Assembly: GCA_044359815.1 (NCBI GenBank)
Contig: JBIKLL010000040.1
Location: forward strand, 1-22,859
Source: Pseudobdellovibrionaceae bacterium
GTDB lineage: Bacteria; Bdellovibrionota; Bdellovibrionia; Bdellovibrionales; Bdellovibrionaceae
Direction of reading: 5' to 3'
Length of the DNA stretch: 22,859 nucleotides
Part shown: positions 7,711-15,361 of the stretch, piece by piece
Numbering within the stretch: position 1 is the first letter of the stretch
Layout: every line of letters starts with the position of its first letter
Position numbers and translations under genes: made by a program
The notes under the pieces: generated by a model
Databases searched by the model: none
What the model was told of the DNA's origin: nothing
The model's input: the letters and a program-made list of their open reading frames with translations, nothing else

Positions 7711-8394
7711 TTAGGGATAGCGGGGGTGACCCGTAAGATGTGCTTGTTCTAAACTGTTGTAAATGAGTTCTGAGTAATACTTGAGTTTTAAAGATGAAAC
7801 ATACTCAACATTTGAATCGTCTTTGATCGTCACCAAAAACAAATTGTCAGACTGATGTTGTAATTCGATTATTATGCTAAATCCAGTCACCCATTGACCA
7901 ACAGATTTTGGACCTAGCCTGATTTGATAAAGTGTCTGATTTTGTGTCTGTTCTGTGTAAATCAGATTACTGTTGGAACGCACATGGTTTTTTATAAGCT
8001 GTAGTTTTGCATTAAGTTGGGCTGATTTAATTATTCCCGAATCTATAAGTCCTTGTATGCCTGTGTCTGATTGAAAATTAAAGGCCATTAAATAACTGGG
8101 CACAGAGTTGTAATAAAAATTCAGATTAAACATATTGCTAAACTGCGAATCAACACCGCAATTTAGGTCAATCACGCTGGCCCTGATAACAAAGTTTCTG
8201 TACCTGGTCATAATGTTTGCAGATTGCTTCATGTACTCGTCAATAAAATAGGTGGCGGGTATTTCTTCGGAGCTGGCTTGATCTATCTGGGAGCTTTGTT
8301 GTGCCGGTCCTCGCTCATCGCCCAATATCGAATTACACCCTAAATTAAAAATCGATAAAAGTATGATTAAAAATATAAATATCATGTTCCTCAT
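7711..8394 (-). CDS. Hypothetical lipoprotein
   Basis: The likely start is ATG 8394 (AAGG RBS), giving MRNMIFIFLIILLSIFNLGC with lipobox NLGC. The track's longer start at 8550 lacks support. Confidence 0.7.
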   Translation of the reverse strand: MRNMIFIFLIILLSIFNLGCNSILGDERGPAQQSSQIDQASSEEIPATYFIDEYMKQSANIMTRYRNFVIRASVIDLNCGVDSQFSNMFNLNFYYNSVPSYLMAFNFQSDTGIQGLIDSGIIKSAQLNAKLQLIKNHVRSNSNLIYTEQTQNQTLYQIRLGPKSVGQWVTGFSIIIELQHQSDNLFLVTIKDDSNVEYVSSLKLKYYSELIYNSLEQAHLTGHPRYP

Positions 8395-8591
8395 AAATAC
8401 CTTTCTCGATTCAATACGCCTCAATTTAAGTATTTCATTTCTGGACAGGTGGGACAATATTAACCTGGCTAGTGACTCATACTGATCCGCTTTAAAGTTT
8501 AGCTGCAAAACAAGGGTGTTAATCTTTTGGACAGACTGGCATTTTCCCAATTAAAAAAATGCCCAAATCCCTGCCAAATCACGACAGCTAC

Positions 8592-8620
8592 TTGAAATCA
8601 ATCTGCCTGGAATCTATAAG
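8592..8620 (+). promoter_or_regulatory. Candidate sigma70 promoter giving a leaderless mRNA
   Basis: TTGAAA-17 bp-TATAAG, ending 6 nt before ATG 8627. No clear SD. Confidence 0.45.
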
Positions 8621-8626
8621 TCTGAG

Positions 8627-9655
8627 ATGTTCAAATTCAGTGTTTTTACAATAATGCTTTTAATCAGTGTTGTGGTTCAGCAGTCGCAGGCCAAGGGACT
8701 TTGTGAAAACGCTTTTCGATTGGCTGGATTTGAAGATGTTCTGACCAGAGCCCAGGCCAAGCTTCCTGCAAATCTTAAAAACTTGAAAACACTTGATAAC
8801 CTGACGGATGCTCAGATTGAAAGAGCTGTTCGCTTTGAACAACCTGTTGGTATTGAAGTTTCAAAACACTTTGGATTGTACCCTTTGGCGATTAAATTGA
8901 TTCAATCCAATTTGCACGTGCTGGACACTGTCAGGCGCATAGATTTTGATAACATTATTGATACCAGAATTTATAAAATAACCAATCATCCTCTGTATCC
9001 CAGATTTAGGTTACTAATAAAATATTCCAGATTTGGGGACGTCAAAGTTTTTGAAAAGGATTTTCGAAGCAACGGTTATCTGGCCTTTTTGCATAACTCG
9101 TACAGAGATCATCAAAAACATGAAGCTCTGAGAATGTTTTTTACCTACAGCCCTGAGTTTTCTTTCTTGGCATCCAGAAAACAGGCTCGGGTTAAGGTTT
9201 ACGAACAAACTGATTTTGTTTTGTCAACCTTACCTGAAACCCTTGAGCTTTCGCGGGTAATGACAAAAACAGAAGCTGATTTGTGGCAATTGGGAAGCTC
9301 GACAGAAATAAAAACCTATTACAATAATGGTGGGACCCATTTTGCGTTGAAAGAATATCTGTTCCCAAACAGAGAACCTTCGCTGTTATATTACATTCAA
9401 ATCCCAAAAGATGTGTTTTATGATCTAAGGGCTCGCGACCTTCTGGTTGTAAACACCTATCCTTCTGTAGTTGATGATTTGGTGTGGGGGATGGTTGCGC
9501 AGAATCAGACGTCCTTTGGTTTAGAAATCGAAATCGTTGTTTTAAAATCAGAAGGCCGCAAGATCCTGGAGCCTTATATGAAAAGCATGGTGCCGGGGCC
9601 AGCTTCCCCCACCGTCGAAGACCGAAAAAGAATGCTTAACCCTGATCTTTTTTAG
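8627..9655 (+). CDS. Secreted hypothetical protein
   Basis: 342-aa ORF with a Sec signal (…SQA-K). The mature N-terminus carries LCENAF, its only Cys. Confidence 0.78.
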   Translation: MFKFSVFTIMLLISVVVQQSQAKGLCENAFRLAGFEDVLTRAQAKLPANLKNLKTLDNLTDAQIERAVRFEQPVGIEVSKHFGLYPLAIKLIQSNLHVLDTVRRIDFDNIIDTRIYKITNHPLYPRFRLLIKYSRFGDVKVFEKDFRSNGYLAFLHNSYRDHQKHEALRMFFTYSPEFSFLASRKQARVKVYEQTDFVLSTLPETLELSRVMTKTEADLWQLGSSTEIKTYYNNGGTHFALKEYLFPNREPSLLYYIQIPKDVFYDLRARDLLVVNTYPSVVDDLVWGMVAQNQTSFGLEIEIVVLKSEGRKILEPYMKSMVPGPASPTVEDRKRMLNPDLF

Positions 9656-9678
9656 TTTTTCAAAGCAAAACTAAAAAA
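9648..9678. terminator. A/T-rich hairpin overlapping the stop codon of 8627..9655 (possible terminator)
   Basis: TTTTTTAGTTTT (9648-9659) / AAAACTAAAAAA (9667-9678). Confidence 0.3.
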
Positions 9679-9682
9679 AGCT

Positions 9683-9967
9683 CCCATACTGATCTTTTAA
9701 ATATTTTAAAAGTATCTATATTCGAAAAAAGAGTTTCATTAGTACCACAAATTCCAACGTAAATTTTATTTTTTAATGACTTGTGCAGCGAGCGCGCTCT
9801 GCGTATCTAAGTGTTGCGGCATCGACAGATGAAGCAACACGGGAGACGAAGTGCGGCCGTTAGCGAAAGTCATTAAAGAGTAAAATTTATGTTGGAATTT
9901 GTGGTACTAATTCTATTTGCAGAAAGGAAAATAGTTTCTTTTAAAATATTTAAAGGATCAGTATGGG
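9683..9967 (+). repeat. Structured palindromic element, copy 1: conserved core 9784-9866 inside nested long inverted repeats
   Basis: Outer IR 9683-9712/9938-9967 (29/30). Inner IR 9739-9782/9867-9910 (41/44). All 4 mismatches are G-T/U pairs on the + strand. Core TGCAGCGAGCG...GCGGCCGTTAGCGA is shared with 14987-15094. Confidence 0.85.
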
Positions 9968-11904
9968 CATTCGTACTGAAAGCGCGCGACGGCGGCAGCA
10001 GGAGCTGAAGCAAAGGTCAGGATATTGCCCGAGACTGTGAATGCAGGCAGCGATGGTCCGCTGACCAATGTAGCAGTGACATCGGGGGACCCATTGTTGT
10101 CCTTATCCACAGGTGTGCACTGCAGTTGGATTTGCTTAACTGAGTTTTTGATCTGATGGCCGATGTCATCCAAGATTGTTGAATAATCATTGCTTTTAAT
10201 CTGTCCATCAGTGGCGCCAGTCAGTGTTTGCAACGACTGCAAAGCCCCAAGGATGCAAGGGACATTGTAACTGCAGACATTGTCAGCGGCTGGATCTTTG
10301 ATTGTATGGAAAAACATTTTTTTATTGATCCAGTTTTTGTTGATCAAACCTTGCAGGTAACTGCCCCTGCTTCTGATAGTGGTTCCGCCTTCGGCCTCAT
10401 CAGTGATTGAAATAATATGCAAACTGGCGTTGGCTCTGACAAAGGCTTTATTGTGTTGATTGATTGAATCACTCAGCAACGCCCTTTCCAGCATCCGCGC
10501 TGTGGATTTGATGGACTGCTGGGCCCAGTGACCCTTTTCACCCAACATCAGTGATTGAGCCAGGTTTGTGTTTAAATTTAAAGTGTCCATTGAATACCAG
10601 TACTTTGTGCTGTCTTGATGATTTGCCAACAGTAAGCCGTCTTGAACCTTTTGTTTAAATAATAAATCCTTGTTCGCAGGTTCAGGGCTGTTTGTGCCAT
10701 CATAGTTCATATCCGAAACACAGGTGTTGGCGTAAATATTTTGATTTTGGCCGTTACACAAACTGCCAGTCGTTGTGAATCCAATTCGGTAATCTATACC
10801 TGTAAGATGTGTGGTCAAATTGCCTATGGCTAAGCCCAGGGCCTGATGTTCGGAACTCATCGATGAAGTGTTAGCCACCACAAATAAAATTTCTGTCTGA
10901 TTCAAGGGTTGTTCTTGGATGATTTTTTTACCCTCATTGACCACTGAAAAATTAAAATGCCTTTCAGTTTGATTAGACAGTGTATCAGTCATCCGCACTT
11001 TGAAAGTGTGCGACCCCACAGACAATCCAGAATAAATTTTGGTTTCAGGATTGGCGCAGGGTTGATAGGGTGATCCATCCATTGTGCATTCAACCGATGA
11101 CAGCACCACTGAATTTCCCACGGCGTGAAAGGCAAAAACCACATCCTGCAGATTTCCCACGGCGGGTTCGGGACTGGCCGAAAACAAAACCTCTGGTCCA
11201 GATGAAATTGGCACCAAGGCATTTTGAATCCACGAAATCACCAGGGGTGGGGATTTATTACCAGCATTATCAAAAGCTTCTATCACCAAGGTTTTATTGC
11301 CATTTGTAATTGCGGTCAGATTTAATGGCGAACTGCATTCGGACCTGGCCTGTCCTGTAAAAACACATTCGTATTTTAAAATTCCTGATCCTGCATCGGC
11401 ACCTGAAAACTCCACTGTGGCCGTGCTGCCAGCGATTGTTCCGCTGGGGCCAGTTACCAGACTCAGAGTCGGCTTAATATTGTCGTGCAAATAAGTCACC
11501 GATTCACATCCAGATTCTGAATGTGAGTTTTTAAATTTTACGTAGACCGTGTTGGATTGATTCAGGTTTAAAATATTCCAGGACTTTTGAAAGCTAAAGT
11601 CTTCCCAGGCACCACCTGTTGAACAATCTGAAGTATTTGTGACATAGATTTGATTGGCGTGATTGGCAGTCAGATCCAGCAGAACGCTGGTTTTATTGGT
11701 AAACGAAGCTGCGGTCATTAAACCAGTGGGTGATTGAGATTCTGTAAAGGTTTGAACACTGGCTAAGGTCGTTGAAGTAGTGCTTGAAGAGGTTGATGCA
11801 GCCTCTAGCTGCTGGGGCTTTTCGCAATTGTTAAAGGCCAGCATCAGGATAATTCCGCATAAGGACAGAGCAAAATATCTGAAGACCCCTTTTTTCAGTG
11901 CCAT
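9958..11904 (-). CDS. Secreted/lipoprotein surface protein with Ig-like domains and a vWA-like domain
   Basis: Signal ending AFNNC, Ser/Thr-rich linker, Ig-like repeats (VYVKFKN, DNIKPTL, AFDNAGN, GLSVGSHTFKV), vWA-like ILFVVANTSSM...DYRIGFTTT...LHIISITDEAE, and a C-terminal LQCTP...YEC domain. Confidence 0.8.
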   Translation of the reverse strand: MALKKGVFRYFALSLCGIILMLAFNNCEKPQQLEAASTSSSTTSTTLASVQTFTESQSPTGLMTAASFTNKTSVLLDLTANHANQIYVTNTSDCSTGGAWEDFSFQKSWNILNLNQSNTVYVKFKNSHSESGCESVTYLHDNIKPTLSLVTGPSGTIAGSTATVEFSGADAGSGILKYECVFTGQARSECSSPLNLTAITNGNKTLVIEAFDNAGNKSPPLVISWIQNALVPISSGPEVLFSASPEPAVGNLQDVVFAFHAVGNSVVLSSVECTMDGSPYQPCANPETKIYSGLSVGSHTFKVRMTDTLSNQTERHFNFSVVNEGKKIIQEQPLNQTEILFVVANTSSMSSEHQALGLAIGNLTTHLTGIDYRIGFTTTGSLCNGQNQNIYANTCVSDMNYDGTNSPEPANKDLLFKQKVQDGLLLANHQDSTKYWYSMDTLNLNTNLAQSLMLGEKGHWAQQSIKSTARMLERALLSDSINQHNKAFVRANASLHIISITDEAEGGTTIRSRGSYLQGLINKNWINKKMFFHTIKDPAADNVCSYNVPCILGALQSLQTLTGATDGQIKSNDYSTILDDIGHQIKNSVKQIQLQCTPVDKDNNGSPDVTATLVSGPSLPAFTVSGNILTFASAPAAAVARFQYECPY

Positions 11905-11912
11905 CTTTTTAG

Positions 11913-11939
11913 AATCGTCTATAATTTCAAATAGCTAAA
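11913..11939 (-). promoter_or_regulatory. Candidate sigma28 (FliA)-type promoter
   Basis: Minus strand TTTAG-N16-ACGATT, ending 8 nt before ATG 11904. Confidence 0.4.
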
Positions 11940-11964
11940 CAGAATTTTTAAAGGACGTATCAAC

Positions 11965-13347
11965 GTGAGACTGCTGTCCCCAGAACAAATCCTAGCGATG
12001 GATCAATGGTGTTTAAAACACCATCCAGAATTAAATTTGATGAATCATGCAATCAATAAAATTTCTGATTTAATTCCTAAATTGATTCCCGATTTGATAC
12101 GGCAAAAAGCAGTCGTGGTCTGTGGTCCTGGTAACAATGGCAAAGACGGTCAAGGTGTTGGAGCAAAATTAAATTTAGAAGTCCTGAGCGTAAAACAGTT
12201 TTTACAATCCAACAAATCCTATGATTTGATCGTTGATGCTATTTACGGAGTGGGCCAGAGGCTTCCGCTAAATGCTGAAACTGAAAAGGCCATTCACAAA
12301 ATAAATGCCAGCAATGCGACCATCATCGCACTGGATGTTGCTACAGGTTGCGATCCCCTATCCGGAGTAGGGGAGTGTTTTGTCAAAGCTCATTGGACCT
12401 TGGCATTGGGATTTTTAAAGCCAGGATATTTTTTAAACAATGGACCACAGGCCTTTGGTAAAATTAAATTGCTGACATTGCCTTATCCTGAACAGCAAAT
12501 TTCAAAAATCAAACCCAGGTATTTATTGGCAACAAAAACTTGGGTTAAAAAACACTTTGTTAAACGAACTGATAATTCCAATAAAACCTATGGGGGCAGA
12601 TCCATCGTGATCGCTGGATCCAGGCAGTTTCCTGGGGCCAGTGTGCTTGCGTCAGACACAGCTCTGCGCATTGGAGCTGGGTATTTAGATCTGTTTACTG
12701 AAGTGTTGGATTCAGTAAAAAATCCAGATTTTATTTTGCATGATAAATTTAAAGTAAAACTGGAACACCTTAATGTCTCTGAAACAAAAAACCATAACAA
12801 ACTAGCCGTGCTGATAGGGCCAGGTGTAGGAATCAATTCAAACACCAGTGATTGGTTAAAGTATTTGTTTAAAAATAATTATCAAAAGGTCGTGGTGGAT
12901 GCGGATGCCATTTCGGTATTTGCCAAGGGCGGAATGAAGGCTCAACCACAATGGGTGTTCACCCCACACAGTGGAGAAATGGCAAAACTGATTGATCGCA
13001 GCAGCCAGTGGATTAACGAAAATAAATTTCAAGCGCTGAGCGAGTTTTATCAACAATACAAATGTCGGTGTTTGTTAAAGGGATTTCATTCGGTTTATTT
13101 TAATGGATCTGATTATGTGATTATACCCACAGGCAATAAAGCTCTGGCAAAATCAGGGACTGGGGATGTGCTGGCTGGAATGATCGTTGGATTAATGTCC
13201 CAGGGGCAGTCCACAGATCTGGCGACCATCAGTGCGGGATTTATCCACGGAGCCATCGCTGATGATTTTGTGACTGAAAATCATTATCTGACATTGAAAG
13301 CCTCTGATTTACCCAAAGGATTAAAAAAATTCTTAGACAGTTGGTGA
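11965..13347 (+). CDS. nnr: Bifunctional NAD(P)H-hydrate epimerase/dehydratase (YjeF/Nnr)
   Basis: GTG start with AAGGA RBS. YjeF_N motifs CGPGNNG, IVDAIYGVG, ALDVATG, KPG. Dehydratase motifs IAGS..FPGA, IGPGVG, VVDADA, TPHSGE, LLKG, LAKSGTGDVLAG. Confidence 0.92.
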   Translation: MRLLSPEQILAMDQWCLKHHPELNLMNHAINKISDLIPKLIPDLIRQKAVVVCGPGNNGKDGQGVGAKLNLEVLSVKQFLQSNKSYDLIVDAIYGVGQRLPLNAETEKAIHKINASNATIIALDVATGCDPLSGVGECFVKAHWTLALGFLKPGYFLNNGPQAFGKIKLLTLPYPEQQISKIKPRYLLATKTWVKKHFVKRTDNSNKTYGGRSIVIAGSRQFPGASVLASDTALRIGAGYLDLFTEVLDSVKNPDFILHDKFKVKLEHLNVSETKNHNKLAVLIGPGVGINSNTSDWLKYLFKNNYQKVVVDADAISVFAKGGMKAQPQWVFTPHSGEMAKLIDRSSQWINENKFQALSEFYQQYKCRCLLKGFHSVYFNGSDYVIIPTGNKALAKSGTGDVLAGMIVGLMSQGQSTDLATISAGFIHGAIADDFVTENHYLTLKASDLPKGLKKFLDSW

Positions 13348-14379
13348 TTGATTCAGCTGAATCACTTGGTGGGCCATATTAAAGCCGGCCTTAGAAAGGG
13401 CCTCGTGACCTTTATCGTAAACTCTGTCGCCAATGATGTAGTGATTGCCGTAGTTATCAATATAAAAAATCAATTTCAAAGCCTGCCATGAATCCGTCGT
13501 GTCCATGACCAAACAGATGGGCTCTGGGTATTTTTTGACGTCTTCGATTTCATTCAAACATTGGACCAGGATTTTTTTAGCCTCGATCACGTTACAACCA
13601 TAGGGCAATCTGAAAAACAAACTCTTAATGATGGGCTTTCCAAACAATGAATAATTTGAAATCTGTGATGAGGCCAATGTGCGATTAGGAACGATGATCA
13701 GTTCATCACTCCATCCAACCACTGTGGTGGCCCGCCATGAAATTTCTTTGACCTGACCGACGGTTTTACTGGAGCCGTTTACAATTTCAAGCCAGTCACC
13801 GATTTCAAATGATCTATCGATTTGTAGCGAAATCCCTGCAAATAAATTTCCCAAGGTGTCTTGCAATGCCAAACCCAGAACGACAGACACGATGGCCGAG
13901 GTTGCCAACAGCGGAGCCAACTTAACATTGAAAACCGATGATGCCATCCAAAGTGATAAAACAATCACCAACAGCAGCGAGAATATATTTACGATCAAAA
14001 CAGGCACACCGTGTTTCATGGAACCTAAAAACAAATACTGCAGCAGTATTAAAGAGCATGTTCTAACAAACACCATAAAGCCCCAAAACAAAGCGACAAG
14101 GCCCAGATAGGGAAAGGCTCTGGCAAAAATTGTGTCGGTTTCGGCCGAGAAATTGTTTTTTGCTACTAACGCACAAAAAAACAAAACCGTAAAAATCATA
14201 TAGTGTCTGAGTAACCTTGAAAAATCCCGCCTGAGGTTTCGATGTCGTTCTTCGCTAACGGCAGTTAAAAACAATCGGTAAAACACCCAAGCCACCAAAA
14301 ACAAACTCGACAGTAAAACAAAGGGCTCTAGATCTACGAATCCAAACAGGGCTTCGATATTGATGATTTGTTCTTTCAT
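13333..14379 (-). CDS. mscS: Small-conductance mechanosensitive channel family protein
   Basis: Several N-terminal TMs and the signature LGLALQDTLGNLFAGISLQIDRSFEIGDWLEI...GQVKEISWRAT...IIVPN. Confidence 0.92.
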   Translation of the reverse strand: MKEQIINIEALFGFVDLEPFVLLSSLFLVAWVFYRLFLTAVSEERHRNLRRDFSRLLRHYMIFTVLFFCALVAKNNFSAETDTIFARAFPYLGLVALFWGFMVFVRTCSLILLQYLFLGSMKHGVPVLIVNIFSLLLVIVLSLWMASSVFNVKLAPLLATSAIVSVVLGLALQDTLGNLFAGISLQIDRSFEIGDWLEIVNGSSKTVGQVKEISWRATTVVGWSDELIIVPNRTLASSQISNYSLFGKPIIKSLFFRLPYGCNVIEAKKILVQCLNEIEDVKKYPEPICLVMDTTDSWQALKLIFYIDNYGNHYIIGDRVYDKGHEALSKAGFNMAHQVIQLNQSPTV

Positions 14380-14380
14380 A

Positions 14381-14905
14381 TTACAAAAGTTCTGCGATGG
14401 CCGCGGCTATGGTGTAAATGCAAGCTTGAATGTCTTCTTCGGGCAGGGGATCGGCATCGCCTTCGCGCCAATTTTTAAAAGCCGCGATATTTCGCAGCGA
14501 CACACTGAACATCATGTTACCACTGGGATTTGTGCCGTAAGCACAGATAAATGTTTGAATGCGGTTTTCTTTGAATGTCAGCCCCACCACAGATTTACGC
14601 AGTGTCATCGCGCCCATGGCCAGATCCTCGACGATCATTTTATAAGTTTCCATTTTCATTTGGCGTAAATTGCTAAAGCTATTTTTAAAACTTCCGTCGT
14701 TATAGATGGCTAAAATTTCATTGCCTTTTGTGAGCAGTTTTTTTTCAAGCAGGCTTGGTTCGGCTTTGAGCAAGTTTGCAAGCTCTAATGTCGACTCATA
14801 GATATGAATAAAATTTTCTTTGAATTTGGGCGCTGCAGTCATACAAATATTTTGCCAACTATTCGCAAATTTTTCACCGAGACCATGGTCTGAATTCTTG
14901 GTCAT
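14381..14905 (-). CDS. Hypothetical protein, probably co-transcribed with mscS
   Basis: 174-aa ORF with RBS GGGGTG. Its stop is 1 nt before the mscS ATG. Confidence 0.75.
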   Translation of the reverse strand: MTKNSDHGLGEKFANSWQNICMTAAPKFKENFIHIYESTLELANLLKAEPSLLEKKLLTKGNEILAIYNDGSFKNSFSNLRQMKMETYKMIVEDLAMGAMTLRKSVVGLTFKENRIQTFICAYGTNPSGNMMFSVSLRNIAAFKNWREGDADPLPEEDIQACIYTIAAAIAELL

Positions 14906-15323
14906 TCACACCCCATCTGGACCGCTTAAACCCATATCTCGTGATGCATAAATGCAAAGATAATTTTTTTCACTATTTTTAGACACTCGCTAACGGCCGC
15001 GGGCTCATCTCTCGTATTGAATCATTTTATAAAAGCAATTTTTTTGCTTTTATCAAATGATTCAACACCAGATATGCCCCGCACGCTCGCTGCATGTGTC
15101 TAAAAACAGTAAAAACAAATTACCTTTGCATGCAAGCAATACGAGAGATGAGCTTGCGGCCGTTAGCAAGTATTCAAAAGGTATAAAACAAAGAAATATT
15201 TTTTAAAATTCAAATAAATTGCAGGTAAGGGAGTCATCTGGTGATTTTGTCTCAGAAGAATCCGTTTTTTGGTTTTAGATGGGTCGTTGGGGCTGTGAAA
15301 GCGCAACAATTCAGACCATGGTC
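14881..15323. repeat. Degenerate long-range inverted repeat copying the RBS/start region of gene 14381..14905
   Basis: 14881-14896 GACCATGGTCTGAATT is the exact reverse complement of 15308-15323. The match extends to 14881-14915/15288-15323 (31/36). Confidence 0.7.
14933..15169 (-). repeat. Structured palindromic element, copy 2 (core 14987-15094, minus strand), nested in a partial + strand copy
   Basis: Minus-strand core TGCAGCGAGCG...GCGGCCGTTAGCGA with a long internal hairpin. Flanking IR 14952-14986/15096-15131, whose three substitutions are G-T on the minus strand (plus one bulge). Outer + strand partial copy CATATCTCGTGATGC (14933-14947)...CAATACGAGAGATGAGCTTGCGGCCGTTAGC (15137-15167). 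Confidence 0.85.
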
Positions 15324-15361
15324 CTGGAAAGATTTGATTCAGTTTATCCGTAAAGGGATAC

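Noticed and set aside
9683..9967. CRISPR array, or IS/MITE with shared terminal inverted repeats
   Set aside because: There are no regularly spaced direct repeats and no cas genes. The arms differ between copies and no direct target duplication is evident.
13333..13347. 15-bp tail-to-tail overlap of nnr and mscS
   Set aside because: Real, but common in compact genomes. No sign of anything special.
14252..14262. Exact 11-mer TCGCTAACGGC matching the element's end, inside mscS
   Set aside because: It encodes A-V-S-E in frame, with no partner motif or hairpin nearby. Treated as chance.
14989..15167. Integron attC site (GCTAAC...GTTAGC inverted ends)
   Set aside because: The ends do not fit RYYYAAC/GTTRRRY, there is no same-strand cassette array, copy 1 lacks a 5' AAC box, and the recombinase shows no obvious IntI-specific insertion.
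15220..15293. Possible decayed extra element copy (TGCAG...CATCTGG/TTAGATG...GGTCGTTGG)
   Set aside because: The similarity is too fragmentary to support without a covariance model.
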